Of a DNA stretch of 57,984 bases, positions 45,757 to 54,187 are shown piece by piece (the first letter of the stretch is position 1; every line of letters starts with the position of its first letter). The stretch lies in NCBI GenBank assembly GCA_001781035.1, contig MFKK01000037.1, forward strand, positions 1-57,984. The letters run 5' to 3'. The stretch comes from Candidatus Jorgensenbacteria bacterium RIFCSPLOWO2_01_FULL_45_25b. Its GTDB lineage: Bacteria > Patescibacteriota > Minisyncoccia > UBA6257 > GWB1-50-10. The notes below the pieces were generated by a model. The model made no database searches. It saw only the letters and a program-made list of their open reading frames with translations, and had not been told where the DNA came from. The position numbers were made by a program, and so were the translations under genes.

Positions 45757-47838
45757 ATGAGGATTTTGAAGGACAATAGATTTTTATTTATTATCGTAGG
45801 CATTTTGCTTGTTGTGCCGTTTTCCGGTTTTGCCCAGTCTTTGGATTTGTCGTCAGTTATAAAACAGCTTCAAGAACAGATTGAGGCGTTGCAGAAGCAG
45901 GTTGTTTCACTGCAATCCCAGCTTCAAGTCGCGAAAGAAGAAATAGCGGAGGTAAAGACAGAATTAAAGCTTACTAATTCTCTCGTTCGTGGCTCATTTG
46001 GTGATGAAGTAAGAGCTTTGCAGGAGTTTTTGAAGCAGTTCCCAGATATTTACCCAAGCGGACTCGTAACTGGTTATTTTGGTCCGCAAACGGAACTGGC
46101 TGTCAAGAAGCTTCAGGAGAAACAAGGAATTGAGGCGGTCGGCATTGTCGGTCCCAAAACGCTTTCTAAAATTAACGAGCTTATTGCTTATGGAGCGGGC
46201 ACCTCGGGCGTGGTTCCGCCCGGACTTCTCATAGCTCCCGGTATTCAGGCGAAGCTCGCGACTACAACAATTTTGATTGTAAGTTCAACCTCACCAAACA
46301 CGACGACCACACTTCCTGTTGTTGCGCTCCCCTTACCTTTGCCAGTGACAAGTTCAACGTCTCCATTTTCCACAACGACGACGCCTGTGGTAACGCCGGC
46401 ACCTGTTGTGACTTCAACTCCCGCGCCAGCTACACCATCAATAGCGCCCGTTTTTTCTGTAGCTTCGCCGGCAAGTGGCGCGACGTGGAATAAGGGCAAC
46501 ACCTACAGTATTCAATGGTCTAATACCGGTTTGGTTGTTTCTAATGTTAGGATTAGTCTTTACAAAAATGGCGCGACTTATTCGTCTGACCCATTTATTG
46601 CCATTGATGTTCCCAATAGCGGGAGTTATAGCTGGCAGGTTTTTTCCTCGTTATCCGACGACTCAAATTATTCCGTGAGAGTTTTTAATTCCGCCTATCC
46701 GAATAATTGGGGAGATAGCGGTTTGTTTAGTATAATCGCGACTACGACAGCAACTACGGCAACGACTACTACGTCAACGGCAACTACGACAACAACCACT
46801 ACGGCTACAACAACTACTACAACCACTCCGATTATTACCGTTACCTATCCCAACGGAGGAGAGACGCTGGGATATTTGAGCTACGGCTTCTATTACAATT
46901 CAAGTAATGTTAGCAGAGTTGGTTTTAAGGTTCTTAAGGGTTCGCAGACTGTTTATGAGAGCACTACTCCGACCACAGCCGGAACGAGATTATCTTTTTC
47001 GCCGTTTCCCGATAACTCCGCGTGGTCCGCGTATCAATCGGGAAGTGATTATAAAATAAGAGTTTTTGATTGGGACAATTCAAGCGTGTATGACGACAGC
47101 AACAATTATTTTAGCGTAGACGTGACCGATCCCGTTGTTTCCAACCTCTCCGTTTCACTAATTACCGAGAACTCCGCCGTTATTACTTGGACAACCGATG
47201 AGCCCGCCAACTCGCAAGTAAATTATGGGAGCACATCCTCAAATTGGGCACTGACTCCCATAGATTACACTAAGGTTACCTCGCATTCCGTTACGCTTAC
47301 CGGTTTGACAAGCGGTACGCTTTATAAGTATAGAGTTATGTCAACGGACGACTTGGGAAATACAACTCAAACTCCAACATATCCTTCGGAGTACACGTTT
47401 ACGACTACCGCTATAGCCGCTTCTGTCACGATCACTTATCCCAATGGCGGAGAAACATGGGAAACGGGTCAAAACTACACTATTACTTGGAATTCAACTG
47501 GCAATATCAATGGCGTACTGTTATTTTTAGCCAATGAAGCAGGGCAGGTTTTTGTTACAAATTTAGTTAATGTCTACGGCAACCCCGGCAGCACTCAATG
47601 GGGCGTTTCTTCTTCTTTCTTAGGACGTTATAGAATATTAATCCACGGTTGCTCGGCTTTAAACTGCACGGTTGGCAATACTAAAAGCACTGAAAGCAGT
47701 GTTGCTAGCGATTTAAGTGATAGCTATTTTAATATAGTTTCCGCAACAAGTTCCGCAAACCTTGCCAATTCTAATTTGGCTTCACTTTTGGAATTACTTG
47801 CCTCGCTTCTTCAAAATCTTCAGCAGACGTTGAGATAG
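45757..47838 (+). CDS. Secreted surface protein: coiled coil, peptidoglycan-binding domain, Thr-rich linkers, Ig/FN3-like repeats
   Basis: Signal peptide; LQEFL..TGYFGPQT..AV; repeated P(N/A)GG(E/A)T..Y.I.W; WTTDEPA..V.YG..H.V.LTGL. Confidence 0.85.
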   Translation: MRILKDNRFLFIIVGILLVVPFSGFAQSLDLSSVIKQLQEQIEALQKQVVSLQSQLQVAKEEIAEVKTELKLTNSLVRGSFGDEVRALQEFLKQFPDIYPSGLVTGYFGPQTELAVKKLQEKQGIEAVGIVGPKTLSKINELIAYGAGTSGVVPPGLLIAPGIQAKLATTTILIVSSTSPNTTTTLPVVALPLPLPVTSSTSPFSTTTTPVVTPAPVVTSTPAPATPSIAPVFSVASPASGATWNKGNTYSIQWSNTGLVVSNVRISLYKNGATYSSDPFIAIDVPNSGSYSWQVFSSLSDDSNYSVRVFNSAYPNNWGDSGLFSIIATTTATTATTTTSTATTTTTTTATTTTTTTPIITVTYPNGGETLGYLSYGFYYNSSNVSRVGFKVLKGSQTVYESTTPTTAGTRLSFSPFPDNSAWSAYQSGSDYKIRVFDWDNSSVYDDSNNYFSVDVTDPVVSNLSVSLITENSAVITWTTDEPANSQVNYGSTSSNWALTPIDYTKVTSHSVTLTGLTSGTLYKYRVMSTDDLGNTTQTPTYPSEYTFTTTAIAASVTITYPNGGETWETGQNYTITWNSTGNINGVLLFLANEAGQVFVTNLVNVYGNPGSTQWGVSSSFLGRYRILIHGCSALNCTVGNTKSTESSVASDLSDSYFNIVSATSSANLANSNLASLLELLASLLQNLQQTLR

Positions 47839-47980
47839 CTTGTTTTTGAAACTTATTTCTTAGGAATTCCTCCTCCTCTTCCGTCCCGCTAAGCGGGACT
47901 TTTTCGGAGTCACGGACTTTTCTTTCTCCCCGTTAAGTGGGACGGAAAAGTTCCGTTCAAAACCCTTTTCCAGCATAGTA

Positions 47981-48023
47981 AATACAAAACAAGCGTATCC
48001 TTGTGATACGCTTGTTTTGTATT
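47981..48023. terminator. 19-bp perfect inverted repeat; probable original terminator downstream of tRNA-Gln
   Basis: AATACAAAACAAGCGTATC-CTTGT-GATACGCTTGTTTTGTATT, abutting the displaced CCA. Confidence 0.75.
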
Positions 48024-48324
48024 GGCTAGGGGTGCTGGACGAAGTTAGAACCCTTCTCCTGCAAGGAAAATCGTCTTTTTCATACAGCTTTGTTCTTTGA
48101 TTTTACCGTATTGCAGGATTCAGTAGTAATTGCCATCGACAGGACTTGAACCCGCAACTATTGACTTTTTTTGACAGTTGCTATAATTATGGTGTTCATT
48201 GAAAATCAATGAGGCGAGCATTTTGGACGCCAAATACTTGGTTTCTAAAGTGCTCGTCTCAATTTCTGAGACGGCCGTAGTCCCGCACGATGCGGGATAA
48301 TTCCAAACCATAAGGAGGTGTGCG

Positions 48325-49077
48325 ATGAGAAAGTCGCATACTGCTGGTTGGGCCTCGGATGCCCCGACGCCTGCCCAGCTCAAAGAGCTGTTTTCCCAGA
48401 TTGCGAGCGGCCGTATCAACAAGCGGCGGCTCCAGACCTTCCTGCGAAGCGGGATGGTTTTCAAGAACGAGGAGATTGCTCGCCTGATTCTTGGAGACGA
48501 CATCGTCTTCCCAGACGAAGTCGCTGAGAGTCGCGGGCTCTCCTACACCGACGCCCAGCTCAAGCACTTTGCGGAGATGATGCCTTCGGAGGAGGTGCTT
48601 CGCTGGTGCAAGACCAACGGCTACGCCATTGTAGCGGGGCCCCCGTCGCCGATGGGACTACTAGAGGTTCGAACTTTCAAGTCCGAACACTTTTACTCGA
48701 AGGGTGGCGGGTGGTATGGGGGGGGTCACGCCTTCGGCAACGGCGACAGGGCCGAGACCGAGTGGCTCGCCATCCGCAAGGAGCCCGTTCCGAACTCTCT
48801 CAATCAGAGCTGGAGCGAGCAACTGCGGCTTCTTTCGAAGGACGAGCAAGTTCCGAACACTGGCGAGATGAGCTGGTTCATCACGACCTTCTACGAGGTG
48901 CGTGGCGTGCGGCTCTTCGAGGAGGTCTATGTTCGGACCTCCTCTGTCACTTCGGGCGGCAGCCGTGTCCTTGTCGGCCGCTTCGACGAGGTCGGGCTCT
49001 ATGTCAGCGGCTGCTGGGACGGCGGCCGCCGCTACAGCTTCGGTTTGGCCGCCTCTCGGAAAAGTTCTGAACCTTGA
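48325..49077 (+). CDS. DGR target protein (C-terminal variable region, probable CLec-type fold)
   Basis: AAGGAGG RBS; 3' end matches TR except at adenines; ends G.AASRK. Confidence 0.93.
   Translation: MRKSHTAGWASDAPTPAQLKELFSQIASGRINKRRLQTFLRSGMVFKNEEIARLILGDDIVFPDEVAESRGLSYTDAQLKHFAEMMPSEEVLRWCKTNGYAIVAGPPSPMGLLEVRTFKSEHFYSKGGGWYGGGHAFGNGDRAETEWLAIRKEPVPNSLNQSWSEQLRLLSKDEQVPNTGEMSWFITTFYEVRGVRLFEEVYVRTSSVTSGGSRVLVGRFDEVGLYVSGCWDGGRRYSFGLAASRKSSEP
48945..49059 (+). repeat. DGR variable repeat (VR), 115 bp
   Basis: 20 mismatches to TR, all opposite TR adenines. Confidence 0.97.
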
Positions 49078-49142
49078 AGTCTTGAGGGCTTGACCCTCTT
49101 GAATACTTGAGCTTCCGTCCGATTTTTTTTCGGCGGAAGCTC
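49073..49142 (+). promoter_or_regulatory. Post-VR cis elements: 5x CTTGA and two hairpins
   Basis: GAGGG-CTTGA-CCCTC (49084-49098); GAGCTTCCG..CGGAAGCTC (49109-49142). Confidence 0.65.
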
Positions 49143-49425
49143 TTTTCTTTTGTTTTTCAAAAAGTTATTCTGTAAATGTTCTGCTAATGCAGGTGCGGCT
49201 ACGGTTTCACCTCGCAGGACATCCCATCTTTGAGATTTCACCAGAGTATCGTCGCCTACGGGTTACGATAGCGCGTGAACCAGACGGAGATAGAACTTCT
49301 TGCTCATCTTTAGTGGAGATAGCGAAAACATCGCTTGCTCCCGAATAAAATACAGGAAAGAGAGGATATAAGCCTTTGGCAGTAAACCTCAATTTCCAGT
49401 GCCACGGACGAGGATGGGCAAACCA

Positions 49426-49540
49426 TGTCACTTCGGACGGCAACCGTGTCAATGTCGGCAACTTCGACGAGAACGGGCTCAATGTCAACAACTACTGGGA
49501 CGACAACCGCAACTACAACATCGGTTTGGCCGCCTCTCGG
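49426..49540 (+). ncRNA. DGR template repeat (TR), 115 bp
   Basis: 10 AAY codons and 29 adenines; ungapped match to VR. Confidence 0.97.
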
Positions 49541-49559
49541 CAGTCATTCTCCGTCAATG

Positions 49560-49589
49560 TGAAATACCCTCGGAAAGGAGGGTATTTCA
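49560..49589. terminator. Hairpin between TR and the avd stop
   Basis: TGAAATACCCTC-GGAAAG-GAGGGTATTTCA. Confidence 0.65.
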
Positions 49590-49590
49590 T

Positions 49591-49941
49591 TTAACGCTCT
49601 TTAGTTGACCTAATCCAACCACCAAGCTGTCTTCCGATTTCATCAACCGTCTCCTGCCACTTAATGTATTTGTTGACATCAATAACTTTTACTTCTTTAC
49701 AAAGCCGTAAGAACACTCGCAGAAAGTTTAGTTTGACGCTGGTTTTTTCTAACACGGGTAGTTTTTCGGTCTTTGAAAGCTGACTTGCCCAAAGCAAATT
49801 TTCCAATACATCTAAAGTAATGTTTTCGCATCTCTGCCAAAGCGTGTGGCGGTCTTGTTTCTTAACATTGTTTCGGTAAGCATAAAACTCCTTATACAGC
49901 TCGTAAGTTATTTTGAAAATTGGTATATCAAAATCATCCAT
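49591..49941 (-). CDS. avd: DGR accessory variability determinant (bAvd-like four-helix bundle)
   Basis: PIF..YELYK, DRHTL, LRVFLRL, EIGRQLGGW; located between TR and RT. Confidence 0.9.
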   Translation of the reverse strand: MDDFDIPIFKITYELYKEFYAYRNNVKKQDRHTLWQRCENITLDVLENLLWASQLSKTEKLPVLEKTSVKLNFLRVFLRLCKEVKVIDVNKYIKWQETVDEIGRQLGGWIRSTKER

Positions 49942-49944
49942 ATT

Positions 49945-50994
49945 ATGAAAATCTATAAAAATGTTTTTGAAAAAATCATCTCACTGGAAAATCTGTTTTC
50001 GGCGTGGGATAAGTTTAGTAGCGATAAAAAGAAAAAACGGGATGTTGTTGAGTTTGAATGGGAGCTTGAGCAAAACATTTTTCAGCTTCATCGGGATTTG
50101 AAAAATAAAAAGTATAAGCACGAAACATATACTTCGTTTTATATTCAAGACCCCAAACAGAGGCACATTCACAAAGCTATAGTCAGAGATCGAGTGCTCC
50201 ATCACGCAATTTTCAGCGTGTTGAATCCTATTTTTGAGCCGACATTTATCGCACATTCGTTGTCGTGTCGTGTCGGCAAAGGAACGCATAAAGGAGTAGA
50301 TATTTTGGGCAGCATAACGAAGGCAGTCAGCCACAACATTCATAAGTCTTGTTTCGCTCTTAAATGCGACATTAAGAAATTTTTTGGGACAGTTGACCAT
50401 GCTATCCTTATGACCCTGCTTACAAAACGAATCAAAGACGCCGATGTGATGCTGGTTCTTAAAGAAATCGTAGAGAGTTTCAAATCCGAATACTCTAATC
50501 TTTTTCAAGCAAAGGGACTGCCCATCGGTAATTTGACTTCCCAGCTTTTTGCTAATATCTATCTCAACGAGTTTGACCAATTTGTTAAACATCGCTTGAA
50601 GATTGAAAATTACGTTCGTTATACGGACGACTTCGTAATAATTTCTGACAGCAAAACTTTTCTTGAAAATCTTATTGAACCAATCAGAAAATTTTTGCAC
50701 GATAGGCTGGCTTTGGAACTTCATCCCAGAAAAGTCAGTATCCGCAAATTGCACTGGGGCGTAGATTTTCTCGGCTATATTGTTCTCCCACACCATCGCT
50801 TGTTGCGGAGAAAAACTAAACAACGAATTTTGAGGAAACTGCATAAAAGAGTTTCTGAATACAAAAGCGGTATTATTACGAAACAAACACTGGAACAATC
50901 TCTCCAGTCTTATCTCGGTGTTCTTTCTCATGCGAATACTCATAAATTTGGCGATGAATTAAAAAATCAATTCTGGTTTTGGTTAAGTGAATAA
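49945..50994 (+). CDS. DGR reverse transcriptase (349 aa)
   Basis: DPKQR, RDRVLHHA, KCDIKKFF, GLPIGNLTSQ (DGR-type SQ), YVRYTDD, VDFLGY. Confidence 0.96.
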   Translation: MKIYKNVFEKIISLENLFSAWDKFSSDKKKKRDVVEFEWELEQNIFQLHRDLKNKKYKHETYTSFYIQDPKQRHIHKAIVRDRVLHHAIFSVLNPIFEPTFIAHSLSCRVGKGTHKGVDILGSITKAVSHNIHKSCFALKCDIKKFFGTVDHAILMTLLTKRIKDADVMLVLKEIVESFKSEYSNLFQAKGLPIGNLTSQLFANIYLNEFDQFVKHRLKIENYVRYTDDFVIISDSKTFLENLIEPIRKFLHDRLALELHPRKVSIRKLHWGVDFLGYIVLPHHRLLRRKTKQRILRKLHKRVSEYKSGIITKQTLEQSLQSYLGVLSHANTHKFGDELKNQFWFWLSE

Positions 50995-51080
50995 AGTTAC
51001 TCCACGCCTCAACTCACTATTGTTTAGAATTACCAGAAGCCAAATTTGTTGCTGGTGGTTGGGGTTTCTTAACTTCTAAC

Positions 51081-51265
51081 GAGTTTCTGAACCTTTGCCA
51101 CCAGCGACAAATGAAGCTCGTAAAATTGCCGCAAGGTTAGAGCCTGCGAAAAAGCCAGTGAATAAAAAGAAAATCGGGCAATTGTATGCCCGAAGTCCAG
51201 TAATGCTGCCGGGCAGGGATTCGAACCCCGGTACTCGCCTCCAAAGGGCGATGTCCTACCGCTAG
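51081..51265 (+). pseudogene. Probable C-terminal remnant of a large serine recombinase reading into tRNA-Gln
   Basis: EARKIAARLEPAKKPVNKKKIGQLYARSPVML-PGRDSNP; same geometry as the intact integrase at 2430. Confidence 0.55.
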
Positions 51266-51276
51266 ACGACCCGGCA
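51206..51276 (-). tRNA. tRNA-Gln(TTG), no encoded CCA
   Basis: TGCCGGG/CCCGGCA acceptor stem, TCGCC-CTTTGGA-GGCGA anticodon arm, GGTTCGAATCC. Confidence 0.95.
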
Positions 51277-51315
51277 ATAAGTTCTTTTTACCATGTTTTT
51301 TTGATTTTGGGAATT

Positions 51316-52464
51316 TTAAGCGGTTTTTTGGTTTAGACTTTCAATCAGAGCAATTTCTAGCGGGATAATGGGGAAGTTACTGTATCTCATCTGACCGTAC
51401 GCTTTCAGGAGATTTTTTAGGGTTTCAATGTGGGAGTTTTTGAAAAGTTTGGAGTGTCCCTTAATTTTTTGGAGGTGCTCTCCGACGAGTTCGTTTTCAA
51501 GATGAACGGACATCATCGGGTCAAACTTAAGAACCGCCGTGTTGCGGAAGTGAATGATGAGGTCTTTGGTTAGCTGGACGAGATTCGTTCCCTCCTCCGC
51601 TATGTTTGAAAGATAATCAAGCGTTCCTTCTAGCTCCCCTTTCAGGATTTTTTCCGCGAAGTTCGCTATTTTATGAAAGCCTACTTTGCCGAGCGTGCTT
51701 TCAATCGCTTCTGTTGTGATTTCGTTTCCTTTTAGGCTAATCATCTGGTCAAGAAGGGATTCGGCGTCGCGGAAGCTTCCTTCGCCGGAGGAGGCGATCA
51801 GCTCAAGCGCGTCATCGGATATTTTTATTTTTTCCGCGCTCGCGATTTTCTTTAACTTCTCAATGATTATTTTCAGCGTCGGGTGTTTGAACTGGAACTT
51901 TTGCGTGCGGGAGGCGATTGTCGCGGGAATTTTTTCTATTTCGGTTGTCGCGAGAATGATGATGACATACGAGGGGGGCTCTTCCAGCGTTTTCAAAAGA
52001 GCGTTCGCGGCTTCTTTGGTAAGCTGATGCGCTTCGTCAATGATAAAAACCTTGTGTTTTAAAACAGAGGGCGAGACGCGGACGTGTTCTTTTAGAGCGC
52101 GCATCTCATCTATGCCTCTGTTTGAGGCGGCATCAATTTCAATGACGTCCAATGCGTTTCCGATATCAATAGATTTGCAGGCGTGGCAGGCGTTGCACGG
52201 CTCACTCCCGACGCTACGGTTGGGATTTTGACCCCCTTTGGACATCGGAGCCTCCGCTAATTGTTTTTGGCGCGCTTCACAGTTCGCGATTTTCGCGATA
52301 AGGCGGGCAATTGTTGTCTTCCCCGTACCGCGGGGGCCCGAAAAGAGATAGGCATGGGCGATTCTATCTTGGCGCGCGGCTTCCTGTAGAATTCGCACGA
52401 TGACTTCGTGGCCGATGAGATCGGCGAAAGTGGCGGGGCGATATTTTCTGTATAAAGCTAACAT
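51316..52464 (-). CDS. dnaX: DNA polymerase III gamma/tau
   Basis: LYRKYRP, GPRGTGKT, EIDAASN, IIDEAH, NALLKTLEEPP, GSFRDA. Confidence 0.96.
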   Translation of the reverse strand: MLALYRKYRPATFADLIGHEVIVRILQEAARQDRIAHAYLFSGPRGTGKTTIARLIAKIANCEARQKQLAEAPMSKGGQNPNRSVGSEPCNACHACKSIDIGNALDVIEIDAASNRGIDEMRALKEHVRVSPSVLKHKVFIIDEAHQLTKEAANALLKTLEEPPSYVIIILATTEIEKIPATIASRTQKFQFKHPTLKIIIEKLKKIASAEKIKISDDALELIASSGEGSFRDAESLLDQMISLKGNEITTEAIESTLGKVGFHKIANFAEKILKGELEGTLDYLSNIAEEGTNLVQLTKDLIIHFRNTAVLKFDPMMSVHLENELVGEHLQKIKGHSKLFKNSHIETLKNLLKAYGQMRYSNFPIIPLEIALIESLNQKTA

Positions 52465-52531
52465 GATGTAAATATAGCCCAGAAAATAGTAAAAAAGAAG
52501 CGGGCTCAATTATATTCTTCCCATTTTTTCA

Positions 52532-52565
52532 TTACGCTTCACTGTACTAGTACGGTGAAGCGTGA
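52532..52565. repeat. Palindrome family D, copy 1 (core ACTGTACTAGTACGGT)
   Basis: Also at 53979-53994 and 56210-56225. Confidence 0.9.
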
Positions 52566-52632
52566 GAGTTTACGCGCTTTTTAAGCGCGTGCGTGAATGT
52601 TCCGCCGGCGTTATACTGTTGTTGTGAGGAAG

Positions 52633-53199
52633 ATGTTGGTGATATGCATGATGTTGGTTTTAAGCGCTGGAGCTTATTATGTTTGGAGCGCAAGGTTGGT
52701 TGATGAGAACGTGAGATATGAGAAACAAGATATGGGAACATTATTATTAACAAGTCTGGTTTTTGAACACAATGGGGTGATTCCCGCGAAATATACCTGT
52801 GACGGGGACGATATAAATCCACCACTTGAGATTTCCGGCGCGCCGGAAAAGGCGAAGAGTTTGGTTTTGATTATGGACGATCCGGACGTGCCGAAAAATT
52901 TGCGGGCGGACGGAATGTGGGTTCATTGGGTTGTATTTAATATTCCGCCAGATGTTGCCAAGATTTCGGAGAATACGAAGGCTTTCGGTGTGTATGGGAA
53001 GGGTACGAGCGGTGAGATGGGGTATCAAGGGCCCTGCCCGCCGGATAGGGAGCATCGGTATTTTTTTAAGGTTTACGCTTTAGATGTGATTCTTGATTTG
53101 AAGGCTGGCGCGATGAAAGAGGAGGTTGAGACTGCTATGAACGGGCATGTTTTAGATAAGGCAGAGTTTGTTGGTCTGTATGAGAGAGCGACTCACTAA
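52633..53199 (+). CDS. YbhB/YbcL (PEBP) family protein
   Basis: YTCDG, MDDPD, WVHW, GPCPP, HRYFF.VYALD; start uncertain. Confidence 0.9.
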   Translation: MLVICMMLVLSAGAYYVWSARLVDENVRYEKQDMGTLLLTSLVFEHNGVIPAKYTCDGDDINPPLEISGAPEKAKSLVLIMDDPDVPKNLRADGMWVHWVVFNIPPDVAKISENTKAFGVYGKGTSGEMGYQGPCPPDREHRYFFKVYALDVILDLKAGAMKEEVETAMNGHVLDKAEFVGLYERATH

Positions 53200-53226
53200 C
53201 ACCTCTTTGTTTATTTTTTATGGGAA

Positions 53227-53266
53227 AAGAACATTCCAACATTCTCAAGAATGTTGGAATGTTCTT
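53227..53266. repeat. Palindrome family C, copy 2
   Basis: Matches 40291-40326. Confidence 0.88.
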
Positions 53267-53520
53267 GGGGAATGTTTGATGGGTATTTGTCGTTTTTATG
53301 TTTGAGATTTGTGTATGATTCAATGGCATTAGTGGAATGTATGAATGCTAATTGTGAATTTTTAAATCGCAATAATAAACCCGCGTTACATAAACGCGAG
53401 TGGGTTTCTAGTTCGTGAGCCAAGTATTGACTGCCACTATCACGGCTGGCAGTAAGAGTAGTGCCAGCCAACCCAATTTTTTCATGGTCATCACCTCCCT
53501 TCTATTTGAATGTTACTACA

Positions 53521-53928
53521 ATGAATTTTTTTGGTAAATATGAGTGGACAAGGCACGCGAGCATGAAGATGCGGTATTATGGTTTGAGTGAGCAGAGAGT
53601 GATACGGGTGATACGCGCGCCATTTAGATGTGAGGAGGGGGTGTTGGAGAAGGCGATTGCCGTGATGCAACCCAACAAGGTGATAAAGACGGAGAGGGGA
53701 AGGCCGGTGGAGTGGAGGGAGGAGATTTGGGCGATGTATCTCCTTGCTGACGAGCGAGGAGATTTGAAATCCGATCCGCTAGCTGGCGGACGAAATACGA
53801 AACTTGCGAATTTTGGAATTTCGGACAAGAAAATTAAAATTATTACGGTGTGGCGCTATCCTGGGACGAGTAAGGAGAGAGACCCAATTCCCGCCGATAT
53901 TATTCAAGAGTTACGAAGTTTGTTGTAG
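53521..53928 (+). CDS. Hypothetical protein (WT.HA..KM...IITVWRYPG; RelE/BrnT-like fold possible)
   Basis: Coherent ORF with host-like codon style. Confidence 0.65.
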   Translation: MNFFGKYEWTRHASMKMRYYGLSEQRVIRVIRAPFRCEEGVLEKAIAVMQPNKVIKTERGRPVEWREEIWAMYLLADERGDLKSDPLAGGRNTKLANFGISDKKIKIITVWRYPGTSKERDPIPADIIQELRSLL

Positions 53929-53978
53929 TTTTGTTTCTTTTGTTTTCTGTATGTGTTGTGGTGTTGTATTATTGTATT

Positions 53979-53994
53979 ACTGTACTAGTACGGT
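53979..53994. repeat. Palindrome family D, copy 2
   Basis: ACTGTACTAGTACGGT. Confidence 0.85.
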
Positions 53995-54187
53995 GATTAC
54001 AGAAGAGACTCTGATTAAAAAAATTTAAGGAAGGCGCGCGCCTTACTTAATTGGTTTGGCACCTGAGTGCCTTAACGCCCGACCCCTCCCAAAGGAAGGA
54101 GACAGAGCTTGCCTATTACCCAAACAGCGTAAAGAAAAAGGATGACAACAGATATCTTCATCTTTTTCTCCTCCTTCTTGTTTGATT

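Larger units (their letters stand above)
48025..51207. mobile_element. Decayed recombinase island in the tRNA-Gln 3' end carrying the DGR
   Basis: Core GCT at 48025-48027 and 51205-51207; displaced CCA (TGG at 48023-48025); LGVLDEVRT tail at 48026-48100; recombinase-like remnant 51081-51265. Confidence 0.7.

Noticed and set aside
46740..46830. ACN-rich tandem repeat as a possible DGR TR or array
   Set aside because: It encodes a Thr-rich linker of the surface protein and has no partner repeat.
48690..48750. Second variable region in the DGR target (GGGWYGGGHAFGNG looks A-to-G mutated)
   Set aside because: No matching template found in the window; it remains possible only if a second TR exists elsewhere.
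49376..49594. Asn-rich 72-aa ORF over TR
   Set aside because: An open AAC-rich frame is the expected by-product of a TR; there is no RBS and it has a TTG start.
49981..50943. 320-aa ORF antisense to RT, upstream of avd
   Set aside because: It is the in-register mirror frame, open because RT avoids TTA/CTA/TCA codons as many genes here do; no recognisable motifs.
49945..50994. Group II intron or retron RT
   Set aside because: The SQ motif, short length, adjacent avd and adenine-specific TR/VR pair identify it as a DGR RT.
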